From positions 70,953 to 134,952 of the forward strand of contig URQH01000002.1 of the NCBI GenBank assembly GCA_900549955.1: a stretch of DNA of 64,000 nucleotides, read 5' to 3'. The notes below the pieces were generated by a model. The model was given only the letters and a program-made list of their open reading frames with translations, had not been told where the DNA came from and made no database searches. The DNA is from an uncultured Eubacteriales bacterium. GTDB taxonomy: Bacteria; Bacillota; Clostridia; Christensenellales; CAG-138. Below are positions 19,036 through 27,992 of the stretch, piece after piece; positions within the stretch are counted from its first letter, which is position 1, and each line of letters opens with the position of its first letter. Position numbers and translations under genes: made by a program.

Positions 19036-20643
19036 TCACGGGCGCGGTGTGCAAAATCTGGAAATGATGCGCTCGGCCGCGCGCATCCCGTCGACAGCCG
19101 CGCTGACGATACCGCCGGCGTATCCCGCCCCCTCCCCAACCGGGTACAAACCCGGCCAGGAAACGGATTCGCCGGTTGCAGAGCGCATAATGCGTACCGG
19201 CGCACTGGTCCTGCTCTCCACGGCGGTCAACACGCCGTCCGGCAGATCAAACCCGCGCAGCTGCGCGGCAAATCCGCGGATGCCGGCCGCCACGCCGGCT
19301 GCCACGGGTTCCGGCAGGCAGGCCCACAAGTTGGCCGGCATGACGCCGGGGCGATACGTGGGCGTGACGGATCCAAAACTGCGCGGCATGTGATGCGACA
19401 AAAAATCATCAATGCGCGATGCAGGCGCGGCATACGTGCCGCCGCCGGCCGAAAACGCCTGCCGTTCGAGCCGTTCGCAAAAGCGTACGCCGTCGAGCGG
19501 CCCGTCGCCAAAGTCTTCCGGGCCAACCTGAACGACAATGGCGGCGTTGGCATTCTGTCCGTCGCGCGCATAGTCACTCATGCCATTGACAACCACCTGT
19601 TGCTCGCCGGAAGAAGAGGTGACCACGTAGCCGCCCGGGCACATGCAAAACGTGTACACCCCACGCGACCCGCTGCGCGCCGTGAGCCGGTATTCCGCCG
19701 CCCCAAGGCGAGGATCTCCGGCAAGCGCCCCATACTGCGCCCGGTCGATCATCGCCTGCGGGTGCTCCACACGCACGCCGACGGCAAACGCCTTCGGTTG
19801 CATGGCGACCCCTGCATGGAACAACATCCGATACGTGTCGCGCGCTCCCTGGCCAATGGCAAGGACGAGTGCGGCACAGGGGATTCGCTCCTCCCGGCCG
19901 CCGCACTTCACGCGCACGCCGCTGAGGGTGCCGCCGTCCTGCTCCAGGCCGCAAAGCGCGGTGGAAAAGCGGACTTCACCGCCCATTGCCTCGATCTTCT
20001 GCCGCAGATGGGAAACGACGAGCCGCAGGCGATTCGTCCCAATATGCGGCTTGGCCAGGTATGCAATTTCCGCCGGCGCGCCGTGCTCGACGAGCACGCG
20101 CAGCACGCTGGCGGCGCGCGGATCCTTGATGCGCGTCGTCAGTTTCCCGTCGGAAAATGTACCGGCGCCGCCTTCCCCAAACATGACATTGCTCTCCGGA
20201 TCCAACGCCCCGCCGCTCCAGAAGCGCTGCACGTCCGCCGTGCGCTCCGACACGGGCCTGCCTCGCTCGACCACGAGCGGTTGGTATCCCTGCTGCGCCA
20301 GGCAGTATGCCGCAAACAGCCCTGCTGGGCCCAACCCGGCGACCAGTATGCGGCCGCGCGGCTCCTCCGTCCCCTGCGCCACCGGCGCCGGCACTTCCGG
20401 CGCAAACCTGCGAATGCCGGCATCTCCCCTTTGGAGAACGCGAATTTCCTGCGCCGGCGCAAGCGTTACGGCCACTTGCAGTTGAAAGTGAATGTCCTGT
20501 TTTTTTCGCGCATCGAGTGATTTGCGCAAGATTGTAATCGCGCAAACTGCATGCGCTGGAACGCGCAGCCTGGCTGCAGCCAGTGTGGGCAGCTCCTCCT
20601 CCGGCGTTCCCAGGGGTGCGCGAAAATCGGTCACAAGCGGCAT
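19036..20643 (-). CDS. FAD-dependent oxidoreductase of the COG2509 type (uncharacterised FAD-dependent dehydrogenase)
   Basis: Dinucleotide-binding motif ILVAGLGPAGLFAAYCLA. C-terminal PVGEGAGYAGGIVSAAVDG is typical of this family. ATG at 20643 is preceded by GGGAG. Confidence 0.8.
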   Translation of the reverse strand: MPLVTDFRAPLGTPEEELPTLAAARLRVPAHAVCAITILRKSLDARKKQDIHFQLQVAVTLAPAQEIRVLQRGDAGIRRFAPEVPAPVAQGTEEPRGRILVAGLGPAGLFAAYCLAQQGYQPLVVERGRPVSERTADVQRFWSGGALDPESNVMFGEGGAGTFSDGKLTTRIKDPRAASVLRVLVEHGAPAEIAYLAKPHIGTNRLRLVVSHLRQKIEAMGGEVRFSTALCGLEQDGGTLSGVRVKCGGREERIPCAALVLAIGQGARDTYRMLFHAGVAMQPKAFAVGVRVEHPQAMIDRAQYGALAGDPRLGAAEYRLTARSGSRGVYTFCMCPGGYVVTSSSGEQQVVVNGMSDYARDGQNANAAIVVQVGPEDFGDGPLDGVRFCERLERQAFSAGGGTYAAPASRIDDFLSHHMPRSFGSVTPTYRPGVMPANLWACLPEPVAAGVAAGIRGFAAQLRGFDLPDGVLTAVESRTSAPVRIMRSATGESVSWPGLYPVGEGAGYAGGIVSAAVDGMRAAERIISRFCTPRP

Positions 20644-20729
20644 ATTTTTTTCTCCCATCCTTATGTGGAATGAAAACGGGGCAACCGAGTGTTGCCCCGC
20701 ATGGCAATGGATTTGCATATGCCGACGCT

Positions 20730-22070
20730 TCAGGAGGAAGGCCTCAGCGTAACATGGACGGTCGTAACAGGCGCATCGCCAGAAAACAGCGAAGTCTGCA
20801 GTTCCACAGTGCTCTCTTCATCCCGGATAAGCGCAAACAGGTCGAGGTCGTATTCGCCGGCAGCCAGGTTCGTCACATCCACGAGCACGCGGATATCGCT
20901 GCGCTTTAAGATGCTGACCAGGCTGACCCGCCCTTCCACATGCAGATCGACCGCATAGACGTCGAGCGTAGCGGACAGGCCGTCGCCAAGTCCTTCCACT
21001 TCGATGGCCATCTGCTCAAATACGCGCTCAGACGTACTCTCGCGAATATCCACCGTAACGGAGGCCGTATTATCATCCTCCAGTTTTCCGGCTTCATCCA
21101 GCAGCCTTGTACCGGCGGGAATGATAATCTCGGATTTGACAATCGTCAGCTCGCTCAAACCGCTGACATTGATCGTGTCCAGTTTCACACTGTCGATCGT
21201 ATCGAGTATGGATTGCTCCCCAACCAGGCGAACGGTCTCCGGCGTAACCGACACATCGAACAACTCGTGGTTGGTCGCCAGTGTGTCCGCTCCCTCGAGA
21301 GAACCTTCCGCATCGATTTCCACCGTCTTGACGGGGTAAATGGGGATGCGAACGGTAGCGGACGGCGTTGTTCCAACCAGAATGTCCGAGCTCATGACGT
21401 TGTCCTCTTCGTCATAGAGAAGGACTTCGAACGTGCTGAAGATGGACGAGGTTCTGCCGCTCAAATCGATCACGCACTCGGCGCGGCGCACCTGCTCAAT
21501 GTCCGTTTTAGGCCCCTCCACGTCGATATATTGCGTAATGGAACAGTTGTCCATATCCGCCCAGTAACCCTCGGATACCTCGCCAGTGATGACAGGCGTC
21601 ACAGGGACGGTCTTTCGCACAAGCGTGTCGATTTCCACCGTCGCAACGGATGGCGAAACGCTCTGCACCACGCCATATCCGGACGTCACGGTTGGATTGA
21701 TAGGCAGCTCGTAGACGCGCGGCTCACTGATGTTGCGCAAACTGATCGTGGCGTTGATCTGGTTCGCGGTCAATGCGGCATAGTTCGTGACCTGCGTACG
21801 CACCTGGACGGTCACATTTCGCAGAATTTCAGCCCGGTCTCCGCGCACGCAAAGACCCTGCGCCAGCAATTCGGCCTCACCCTCAAAGCTGGTGGCCACA
21901 TTCGTCACTGTTTTCGTACGGTACGGTTTCAAATCCGTCAGCACATAGCCCCACAAAAGAATGGCAAATAGCAGCGCTACGACCTTAATGACCAGATTCT
22001 TCGTGCAAAAGCCACGGATCGCGGCTACAATCCGTTTCCAAATTCCGGTGAAATCGGGATTATTTTTCAT
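20730..22070 (-). CDS. cdaR: YbbR-domain protein (CdaR, regulator of diadenylate cyclase)
   Basis: N-terminal TM followed by repeated YbbR-like domains, immediately downstream of cdaA and overlapping it by 11 nt. Internal ATG at 22070 (MKNNPDFTG...). Confidence 0.85.
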   Translation of the reverse strand: MKNNPDFTGIWKRIVAAIRGFCTKNLVIKVVALLFAILLWGYVLTDLKPYRTKTVTNVATSFEGEAELLAQGLCVRGDRAEILRNVTVQVRTQVTNYAALTANQINATISLRNISEPRVYELPINPTVTSGYGVVQSVSPSVATVEIDTLVRKTVPVTPVITGEVSEGYWADMDNCSITQYIDVEGPKTDIEQVRRAECVIDLSGRTSSIFSTFEVLLYDEEDNVMSSDILVGTTPSATVRIPIYPVKTVEIDAEGSLEGADTLATNHELFDVSVTPETVRLVGEQSILDTIDSVKLDTINVSGLSELTIVKSEIIIPAGTRLLDEAGKLEDDNTASVTVDIRESTSERVFEQMAIEVEGLGDGLSATLDVYAVDLHVEGRVSLVSILKRSDIRVLVDVTNLAAGEYDLDLFALIRDEESTVELQTSLFSGDAPVTTVHVTLRPSS

Positions 22071-22908
22071 GCTTTTCCCTCCGTTTCGCCCAGTGGAACG
22101 GCATGTTGGTCTTCTGCAGGAACAGACTCTCCAGCAGATCCTGCAACGCCTTGGAGTCGATATAGCGTACCAGTTTGCCGTCCCGGGCAATGGAAATGGC
22201 GCCCGTCTCCTCGGAGACGACGATCGTCACGCTGTCCGACACCGTGGAGATGCCGAGCGCCGCGCGATGGCGCGTTCCCAGTTCGCGCGCAAGGTTCAGA
22301 TCGTCCGACAGCGGCAAAAAGCACCCGGCCGCCACCACGCGCGTGCCGCGCACGATGACAGCGCCGTCGTGCAGCGGCGTATTTGGTTCAAAGATGTTCT
22401 CGAGCAACGCGCCGGAAATGACGCCGTCTACCAGCGTGCCCGTATTGATGATATCGCCCAGCGCCGTTTTGCGTTCCACGACGAGCAGCATGCCAACGCG
22501 CCGCCTGGACATGGACAAAATGGCGCGCTGCACGTCGCGCACGAGCGCCTCGGATTCATACGTTGTAGCGTCAAACAGGTTGCCCAGCTGCTTTCCGCTG
22601 CGCCCCAGCCGCTCCAGCACACGGCGGATTTCCGGCTGGAACAGAATGACGATCACGATGATGATGGAGCCGGACTGCAGGAACGAATCCAGCACCCATC
22701 TGAGCGTGTTCAGCTGGAGCAACTGGCTGGCGACCGAGCACAAAAAGAGGAGCGCAATGCCTTTGAGCACCTCAAAGGCCTGCGTTTCCTTTGTCCAGAT
22801 GATCAGTTTATACAGCAATACGCAGATGATGAGAATGTCGATCAGATCGTAGATCTGAATCTGCGAGAAGCTGCTGGCCAACGCCTTGATGACATCATCG
22901 TACGCCAA
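22060..22908 (-). CDS. cdaA: Diadenylate cyclase CdaA
   Basis: Three N-terminal TM helices and a DisA_N domain with the DGA and RHR motifs (PLHDGAVIV, ELGTRHRAALG). I prefer the TTG at 22908, preceded by AAAGGACAGGGA. The longest ORF reaches 22965 (TTG, no RBS). Confidence 0.9.
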   Translation of the reverse strand: MAYDDVIKALASSFSQIQIYDLIDILIICVLLYKLIIWTKETQAFEVLKGIALLFLCSVASQLLQLNTLRWVLDSFLQSGSIIIVIVILFQPEIRRVLERLGRSGKQLGNLFDATTYESEALVRDVQRAILSMSRRRVGMLLVVERKTALGDIINTGTLVDGVISGALLENIFEPNTPLHDGAVIVRGTRVVAAGCFLPLSDDLNLARELGTRHRAALGISTVSDSVTIVVSEETGAISIARDGKLVRYIDSKALQDLLESLFLQKTNMPFHWAKRREKHEK

Positions 22909-22969
22909 TGTCCCTGTCCTTTCTGTTTCCCCATAGATATACCACAACGACCGCACGCAAAGCAACGCG

Positions 22970-23173
22970 TCAGCGCCGATCCAGCACGTGCGTTTCGATT
23001 AATTTCTCATATTCGGCTGCCGCCTCGGCCAGCGGAAGGCTGGATAGCGTGCCCGTCTGCTCATATTCGCGCATGGCCAGCGCATTGAGCTTCTCCTGCG
23101 CGGCACGTCCTTCTTCATCCAATTCCTGCTGTTCGATCTGCATTTCGCCAAGGCGGCGAATCGTCGTTCCCAT
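22970..23173 (-). CDS. Hypothetical 67-aa acidic, coiled-coil-like protein; first gene of the cdaA operon
   Basis: Strong RBS (GGAGGAAACCGGCT ATG) and a TGaTATAAT -10 upstream. Stop lies 5 nt before the longest cdaA ORF. I recognise no family. Confidence 0.5.
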   Translation of the reverse strand: MGTTIRRLGEMQIEQQELDEEGRAAQEKLNALAMREYEQTGTLSSLPLAEAAAEYEKLIETHVLDRR

Positions 23174-23289
23174 AGCCGGTTTCCTCCATGATCCAGTGAT
23201 ATTATATCATATGTTTCACGCTCTCCAACCCCTGACAAGGAATTTTCATCGAAATTTTGCATTCCAATTTTCGGTGATTGGGCCGCACG

Positions 23290-23318
23290 TTGACGAAGGA
23301 AAGAAAACGGCATAAAAT
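23290..23318 (+). promoter_or_regulatory. Candidate sigmaA promoter for nadE (TTGACG-17-TAAAAT)
   Basis: TTGACG aaggaaagaaaacggca TAAAAT, about 40 nt upstream of the ORF. Confidence 0.4.
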
Positions 23319-23357
23319 AAGGACGGATGAAGCGCCCGCCAGAGCGCATCTGAAAGG

Positions 23358-25256
23358 ATGAAACGCCCCATGCAACACGGATTTTTAAAGGCGGCCGTCG
23401 CCACGCCCTCCATTCGCGTGGCGGACTGCCAATACAATGCAGCGGCCATTGCGCGACTGATCGAGCGCGCCGCGCTGGATGGCGCCATGCTGCTGGTGCT
23501 GCCCGAACTCTGCCTCACCGGCTACACGTGTAACGACCTGTTGATGCAGGACGCGCTGCATCGCGCTGCGCTGCGCGGGCTGGACGCCGTCGTGCAGGCA
23601 ACCCGCGGCAAAGCGCTGCTGACCGTCGTCGGCATGCCGCTCGTCGTGCGACACAGCCTGTACAACTGCGCTGCCGTGTTGTACGACGGTCAAATCCTCG
23701 GTATTGTCCCGAAGACCGCGCTGCCCAATTACGGCGAGTTCTATGAAAAGCGCATCTTTGCCCCCGCGCCAGACTTTGTATCCGACGTCGAGCTCCTCGG
23801 TCAAACCGTTCCCTTCGGCAGTAAGCTCCTGTTTTGCTGCGAAACCATGCCGGATTTTATCCTTGGCATAGAGCTCTGCGAGGATCTCTGGTCCCCGTTG
23901 CCCCCCTCCACCGGGCTGGCGCTGCACGGCGCGACAGTCATCGCCAACCTCAGCGCCAGCGATGAAGCGGTCACCAAACCCGACTACCGGCGCAAGCTGG
24001 TCCAGGTGCAGAGCGCTCGCCTTTGCTGCGGTTACCTGTTCAGCAGCGCCGGTGACGGCGAGAGCACGACCGACGTCGTATTCTCCGGACACGACATGAT
24101 CTATGAAAACGGCTCCCTGCTGGCGGAGGCCCCGCCGTTTGGAACCGGGTACGCCGTTTCCGAGCTGGATTTGCAGTTTATTGCCCGCGAACGCCGTCGC
24201 CATGCGCGCGAAGCAGCCGGCGACGATTATACGCGCATCCCATTCGACCTCCCAGTCCGCCAGACAGCCCTCACCCGCACCTATTGGCGCACGCCGTTTG
24301 TCGCCGACACGCGAGAAGAAAGGGAGAAGCGCTGCGACGAAGTCTTTGCCATTCAGGCGCATGGGCTGAAAAAACGATTGCAGCATACCGGCGCAAGTCG
24401 CGCCGTGATCGGCGTATCCGGCGGCCTGGATTCGGCCATGGCGCTGTTGGTCGCCGTGGAGGCCCTTCGATTGCTGGACCGCCCCGCCACCGACGTGCTG
24501 GCCGTGACCATGCCGTGCTTTGGCACCACCACGCGCACGCGCAGCAATGCGGAACAGCTGTGCGACGCGCTTGGCATCCCGTGCCGCACGGTGGACATCA
24601 CGGCGTCGGTCGCCCAGCACCTCCGGGATATCGGCCACGCGCCGGATCTGCCAGACACCGCCTTTGAAAACGCACAGGCGCGGGAACGCACACAGGTGCT
24701 GATGGACCTGGCCAACATGTGCAACGGGCTCGTCGTCGGCACGGGCGACCTTTCGGAAATTGCGCTCGGCTGGTCCACCTTCAACGGAGACCACATGTCG
24801 ATGTACGGCGTCAATGCGGACGTGCCAAAGACGCTGCTGCGCAGCATGCTCTCCATCTTTGCCCGGCGCGCCGGCGGGGCGCTGGAGCGGGTGCTGGCCG
24901 ACATCCTCGATACCCCGATCAGCCCCGAGCTGCTGCCCGCCAAAGACGGGGACATCGCCCAGCGGACGGAGGACAGCGTGGGCCCGTATGAATTGCACGA
25001 CTTCTTCCTGTACCACGCCATCCGCCGCGGCGAAACGCGGGAAAAGATCCAGCGGCTTGCGGAATACACATTCGCCGGCAGTTACGACGCCGTAACGATC
25101 GCGCACTGGCTGGATACGTTCTTCCGCCGGTTTTTCTCCCAGCAGTTCAAGCGATCGTGCATGCCGGACGGGCCGCGCACGGGCAACGTCTCTCTGTCGC
25201 CGCGCGGCGACTGGCGCATGCCGAGCGACGCCGTGTCGGACGCGTGGCGGGAGTAG
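23358..25256 (+). CDS. nadE: Glutamine-dependent NAD+ synthetase
   Basis: 632 aa. N-terminal CN-hydrolase domain (LPELCLTGY, ELCEDLW) fused to an NAD-synthase domain with GVSGGLDSAM. The start could instead be the ATG at 23370. Confidence 0.95.
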   Translation: MKRPMQHGFLKAAVATPSIRVADCQYNAAAIARLIERAALDGAMLLVLPELCLTGYTCNDLLMQDALHRAALRGLDAVVQATRGKALLTVVGMPLVVRHSLYNCAAVLYDGQILGIVPKTALPNYGEFYEKRIFAPAPDFVSDVELLGQTVPFGSKLLFCCETMPDFILGIELCEDLWSPLPPSTGLALHGATVIANLSASDEAVTKPDYRRKLVQVQSARLCCGYLFSSAGDGESTTDVVFSGHDMIYENGSLLAEAPPFGTGYAVSELDLQFIARERRRHAREAAGDDYTRIPFDLPVRQTALTRTYWRTPFVADTREEREKRCDEVFAIQAHGLKKRLQHTGASRAVIGVSGGLDSAMALLVAVEALRLLDRPATDVLAVTMPCFGTTTRTRSNAEQLCDALGIPCRTVDITASVAQHLRDIGHAPDLPDTAFENAQARERTQVLMDLANMCNGLVVGTGDLSEIALGWSTFNGDHMSMYGVNADVPKTLLRSMLSIFARRAGGALERVLADILDTPISPELLPAKDGDIAQRTEDSVGPYELHDFFLYHAIRRGETREKIQRLAEYTFAGSYDAVTIAHWLDTFFRRFFSQQFKRSCMPDGPRTGNVSLSPRGDWRMPSDAVSDAWRE

Positions 25257-25323
25257 CATCCCCGGCGCCGACCGCGGACGGGCACAGGCACCGGATGCCG
25301 CCTGTTCTGCACAAAACGCAACA

Positions 25324-25355
25324 AAGCACCGCCATGCGGTGCTTGTCTTTCTTTC
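25324..25355 (+). terminator. Intrinsic terminator after nadE
   Basis: AAGCACCGC cat GCGGTGCTT followed by GTCTTTCTTTC. Confidence 0.6.
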
Positions 25356-25479
25356 AAAACCCGTGCAAAAAAGCAGCCTGCGCCTGCGTCCAACACGGCA
25401 GCCCTCACAAATATCCAGAGCCACGCGTCAGTGTGCCTGCATGTCCGCGCACCGCAACCGGGCGCTATCGCAAGCCTGA

Positions 25480-26637
25480 TCAGCCGGCCTGCGTGCGTGC
25501 ATCCTGAAACAGCGCCTCGGTCAGCCGCTCTGCCGCATCGATCGCGATCGTCGCGCGTTGCCGGGCCGACATGGCCTCGCGTGCCGGCGCATCTTCCAGC
25601 AGCTCGAACGCCAGGCGCGCGGCAGACTCGCCGCCCTGCGCAACGGCGGCCATACCATGCTCCTGAAAGAATGCCGCGTTGCGCGCCTCGCAGCCGCCGA
25701 CGGCGTCCGTCAGCACCAGCGGCAGGCCTTTGGCCGCCGCCTCCGTGACGGTCAGGCCGCCCGGTTTGGTCAGCAGCAGATCGGCCGCGTCCATCAGCAG
25801 GCTGACGCGGTCGGTATAGGGCAGCACGAGCACGCGCGGGTCGCAGCGATTGTCCTCGCGCAGCGCGGCATAGAGCCGGCGGTTGTTGCCGCACAGGCAG
25901 ACCAGCCGGTCGCGCGGGCCAAGCCGGGGCACGATGGCGGCACAAGTCTCCTGCATGCCGCCGGCGCCCATGCTGCCGGACATGAGCAGAAGTACGCGTC
26001 CATCCTCCGGCAAGGCACACGATCGGCGCGCCTGCGCACGTGGCGTGCGCGCGACAATCTCCGATCGTACCGGAATGCCAGCTGGCAACAGCTTGCTGCG
26101 CGGGATCCCCTTTTGCACAAATTCGTCCGCCAGCGCGGCGTGCGGGATACAATAGAGGTCCAGTTCCGTCTGCCCGACGAACGGGCTGCACGTATAGTCC
26201 GTGGCGACAAAGCAGCACGGGATCCGCCGCATGCCGGCATAGGCGTCGTGCCGGCGCAGCCAGGTCAGCGCCACGGCAGGAAACACGTGCGGCGCGACCA
26301 CGGCGTCGAACGCCCCCTGCATCACATAGCGATAGAGCTTCGGCGCATACAAGGCGCTCAGCCGATACGGCACGTTGCCCTCCCCCCGGCTGTCGCGACG
26401 CTCGGTATGCGTATACCCGGCGTCAAACAGCGACGGCACGTTCCGATAGACGTTCTTGTGTACGCCGCTGACCAGCTGCGATACGCCCGGCGGTGCAAAG
26501 GAAAGCGCGTCCTTGCACTCCGCCTGCACGCCGCGCCGCTCCAGCTGCTCCATCAAAGCGCGGGCGGCCGCATTGTGCCCTTCGCCGGTATTGCAGGAGA
26601 GCAGCAGAACCCTGCGTTGTCCTGACGTCTTATTCAT
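25480..26637 (-). CDS. Glycosyltransferase of the MGDG-synthase / UgtP (GT28) type, probably glycolipid synthesis
   Basis: 385 aa. N-terminal VLLLSCNTGEGHNAAARAL, typical of the MGDG_synth domain. C-terminal GT-B half (KPGGLTVTEAAAKGLPLV). Confidence 0.8.
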   Translation of the reverse strand: MNKTSGQRRVLLLSCNTGEGHNAAARALMEQLERRGVQAECKDALSFAPPGVSQLVSGVHKNVYRNVPSLFDAGYTHTERRDSRGEGNVPYRLSALYAPKLYRYVMQGAFDAVVAPHVFPAVALTWLRRHDAYAGMRRIPCCFVATDYTCSPFVGQTELDLYCIPHAALADEFVQKGIPRSKLLPAGIPVRSEIVARTPRAQARRSCALPEDGRVLLLMSGSMGAGGMQETCAAIVPRLGPRDRLVCLCGNNRRLYAALREDNRCDPRVLVLPYTDRVSLLMDAADLLLTKPGGLTVTEAAAKGLPLVLTDAVGGCEARNAAFFQEHGMAAVAQGGESAARLAFELLEDAPAREAMSARQRATIAIDAAERLTEALFQDARTQAG

Positions 26638-26641
26638 GGCT

Positions 26642-27160
26642 TTATACCGCCTCCGCCGGTTGCGCCGTCTCCTGGCAGGCGACGGCCGCCGTCGCCTCCG
26701 GTCTGCCGCCCGTCAGCCGCCGATAGAGGCGGGCCAGGCGCGGCCGGTTATACCGCTGGATGAGAATAAAAGGCACGTGCGACAGCGCATAGAGCAAGGC
26801 GGCCACTATCCCAGGCACGCCAGGCAACAGGATCAGCAACCCCACGCTGCAGGCCAGGAGCGCCCAGTGGACGCTCTCGGCCACGCAGGTCTCCTGCAGC
26901 AGGCGCTCCAGCGACGCCGCGGTCGGCCTGCCCGCAAGCTGTTTTTTGACCATGTCCGGCACAAGGCGGCTCATATCCGGCAGGCGCAGCTTCCAGCGCT
27001 GCACCGACAGCCGCTCATAGACGGCGCCCTCGCGCTCCCAATCCTGGCACCGGTATAACCCGCGGTCAAAGTGAAACCAGCGGCGAGGTAAGGCCTCTCC
27101 GACCACGTGCGCCAAAATGCCCAGCAACGCGATATACAGTATGGCAAGTATCATACCCAT
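26642..27160 (-). CDS. Membrane protein of the glycosyl-4,4'-diaponeurosporenoate acyltransferase (CrtO-like) family
   Basis: 172 aa. C-terminal LIQRYNRPRLARLYRRL closely matches the staphylococcal CrtO motif IVQRYNRPRLTQLL. Stop lies 4 nt before the glycosyltransferase start. Confidence 0.65.
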   Translation of the reverse strand: MGMILAILYIALLGILAHVVGEALPRRWFHFDRGLYRCQDWEREGAVYERLSVQRWKLRLPDMSRLVPDMVKKQLAGRPTAASLERLLQETCVAESVHWALLACSVGLLILLPGVPGIVAALLYALSHVPFILIQRYNRPRLARLYRRLTGGRPEATAAVACQETAQPAEAV

Positions 27161-27204
27161 CCGTCGCGCCTCCTTTCCGTCTATGGAAAGGATACCCTGC
27201 CCAA

Positions 27205-27270
27205 ATCAACTTAATATCAACGCAACATGAACGACAGTTGATGTTTCCATCGGGCGAGATATGATATACT
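27205..27270 (+). promoter_or_regulatory. Candidate regulator-binding repeats plus an extended -10 promoter upstream of the second two-component operon
   Basis: ATCAAC at 27205 and 27216 (11-bp phasing), inverted GTTGAT at 27238, then TGaTATACT at 27262-27270. Confidence 0.3.
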
Positions 27271-27311
27271 GGCTAAAACCCGGCCGCAAGCGGCCAAAAA
27301 GGAGGAACGCC

Positions 27312-27992
27312 ATGTTCCGCATTCTGATTGTCGAAGACGATACCGCCCTGTCGCAGCTGTTTTGCCGCGTGCTCACACGCAACGGATACCACACCTTTGC
27401 CGCAGCAGACGGCGAGCAGGCGCTGGCGCTGCTCGAGCAAGAATATGTCGACCTGATGATATCCGATATCATGATGCCGCGCATGGACGGGTATGCGCTC
27501 GTCAGCACACTGCGCGAAGCGGGCAGTACGATACCGGTGCTCATGATTACGGCAAAGGATGGCTTCCCCGCCATGCAGCAGGGCTTTTTATCCGGTACGG
27601 ACGACTATATGGTCAAGCCCGTGGACGTCAACGAAATGGTGCTGCGCGTCGGCGCGCTGCTGCGCCGCGCCCAGATGATCAACGAACGGCGCCAGACGGT
27701 CGGCTCCACGGTGCTGGAGTACGACTCCATGACGGTACATCAGGCCGGCCGCAGCACGGTACTGCCGCAGAAAGAGTTCCAGCTGCTCTACAAATTGCTC
27801 TCCTTCCCCGGCCGCATCTTCACCAGGCAACAGCTCATGGATGACATCTGGGGTCTCGACTCGGAGACGGAGGCGCGCACGGTAGACGTCCACATCAACC
27901 GCCTGCGCGACCGCTTCCGTGACAACCCTGACTTTGACCTCGTGACGGTGCGCGGACTCGGCTATAAGGCGGTGAAGCGTCATGCCGGATAA
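27312..27992 (+). CDS. OmpR/PhoB-family response regulator
   Basis: MFRILIVEDD..., DLMISDIMMPRMDG, and a winged-helix C-terminus. ATG at 27312 is preceded by AAAGGAGG. The track ORF starts at 27261. Confidence 0.9.
   Translation: MFRILIVEDDTALSQLFCRVLTRNGYHTFAAADGEQALALLEQEYVDLMISDIMMPRMDGYALVSTLREAGSTIPVLMITAKDGFPAMQQGFLSGTDDYMVKPVDVNEMVLRVGALLRRAQMINERRQTVGSTVLEYDSMTVHQAGRSTVLPQKEFQLLYKLLSFPGRIFTRQQLMDDIWGLDSETEARTVDVHINRLRDRFRDNPDFDLVTVRGLGYKAVKRHAG

Noticed and set aside
23385-25424. 679-aa minus-strand ORF
   Set aside because: Antisense shadow of nadE. Arg/Gly/Ala-rich, with no RBS and no recognisable family, whereas nadE has unambiguous CN-hydrolase and SGGLDS motifs.
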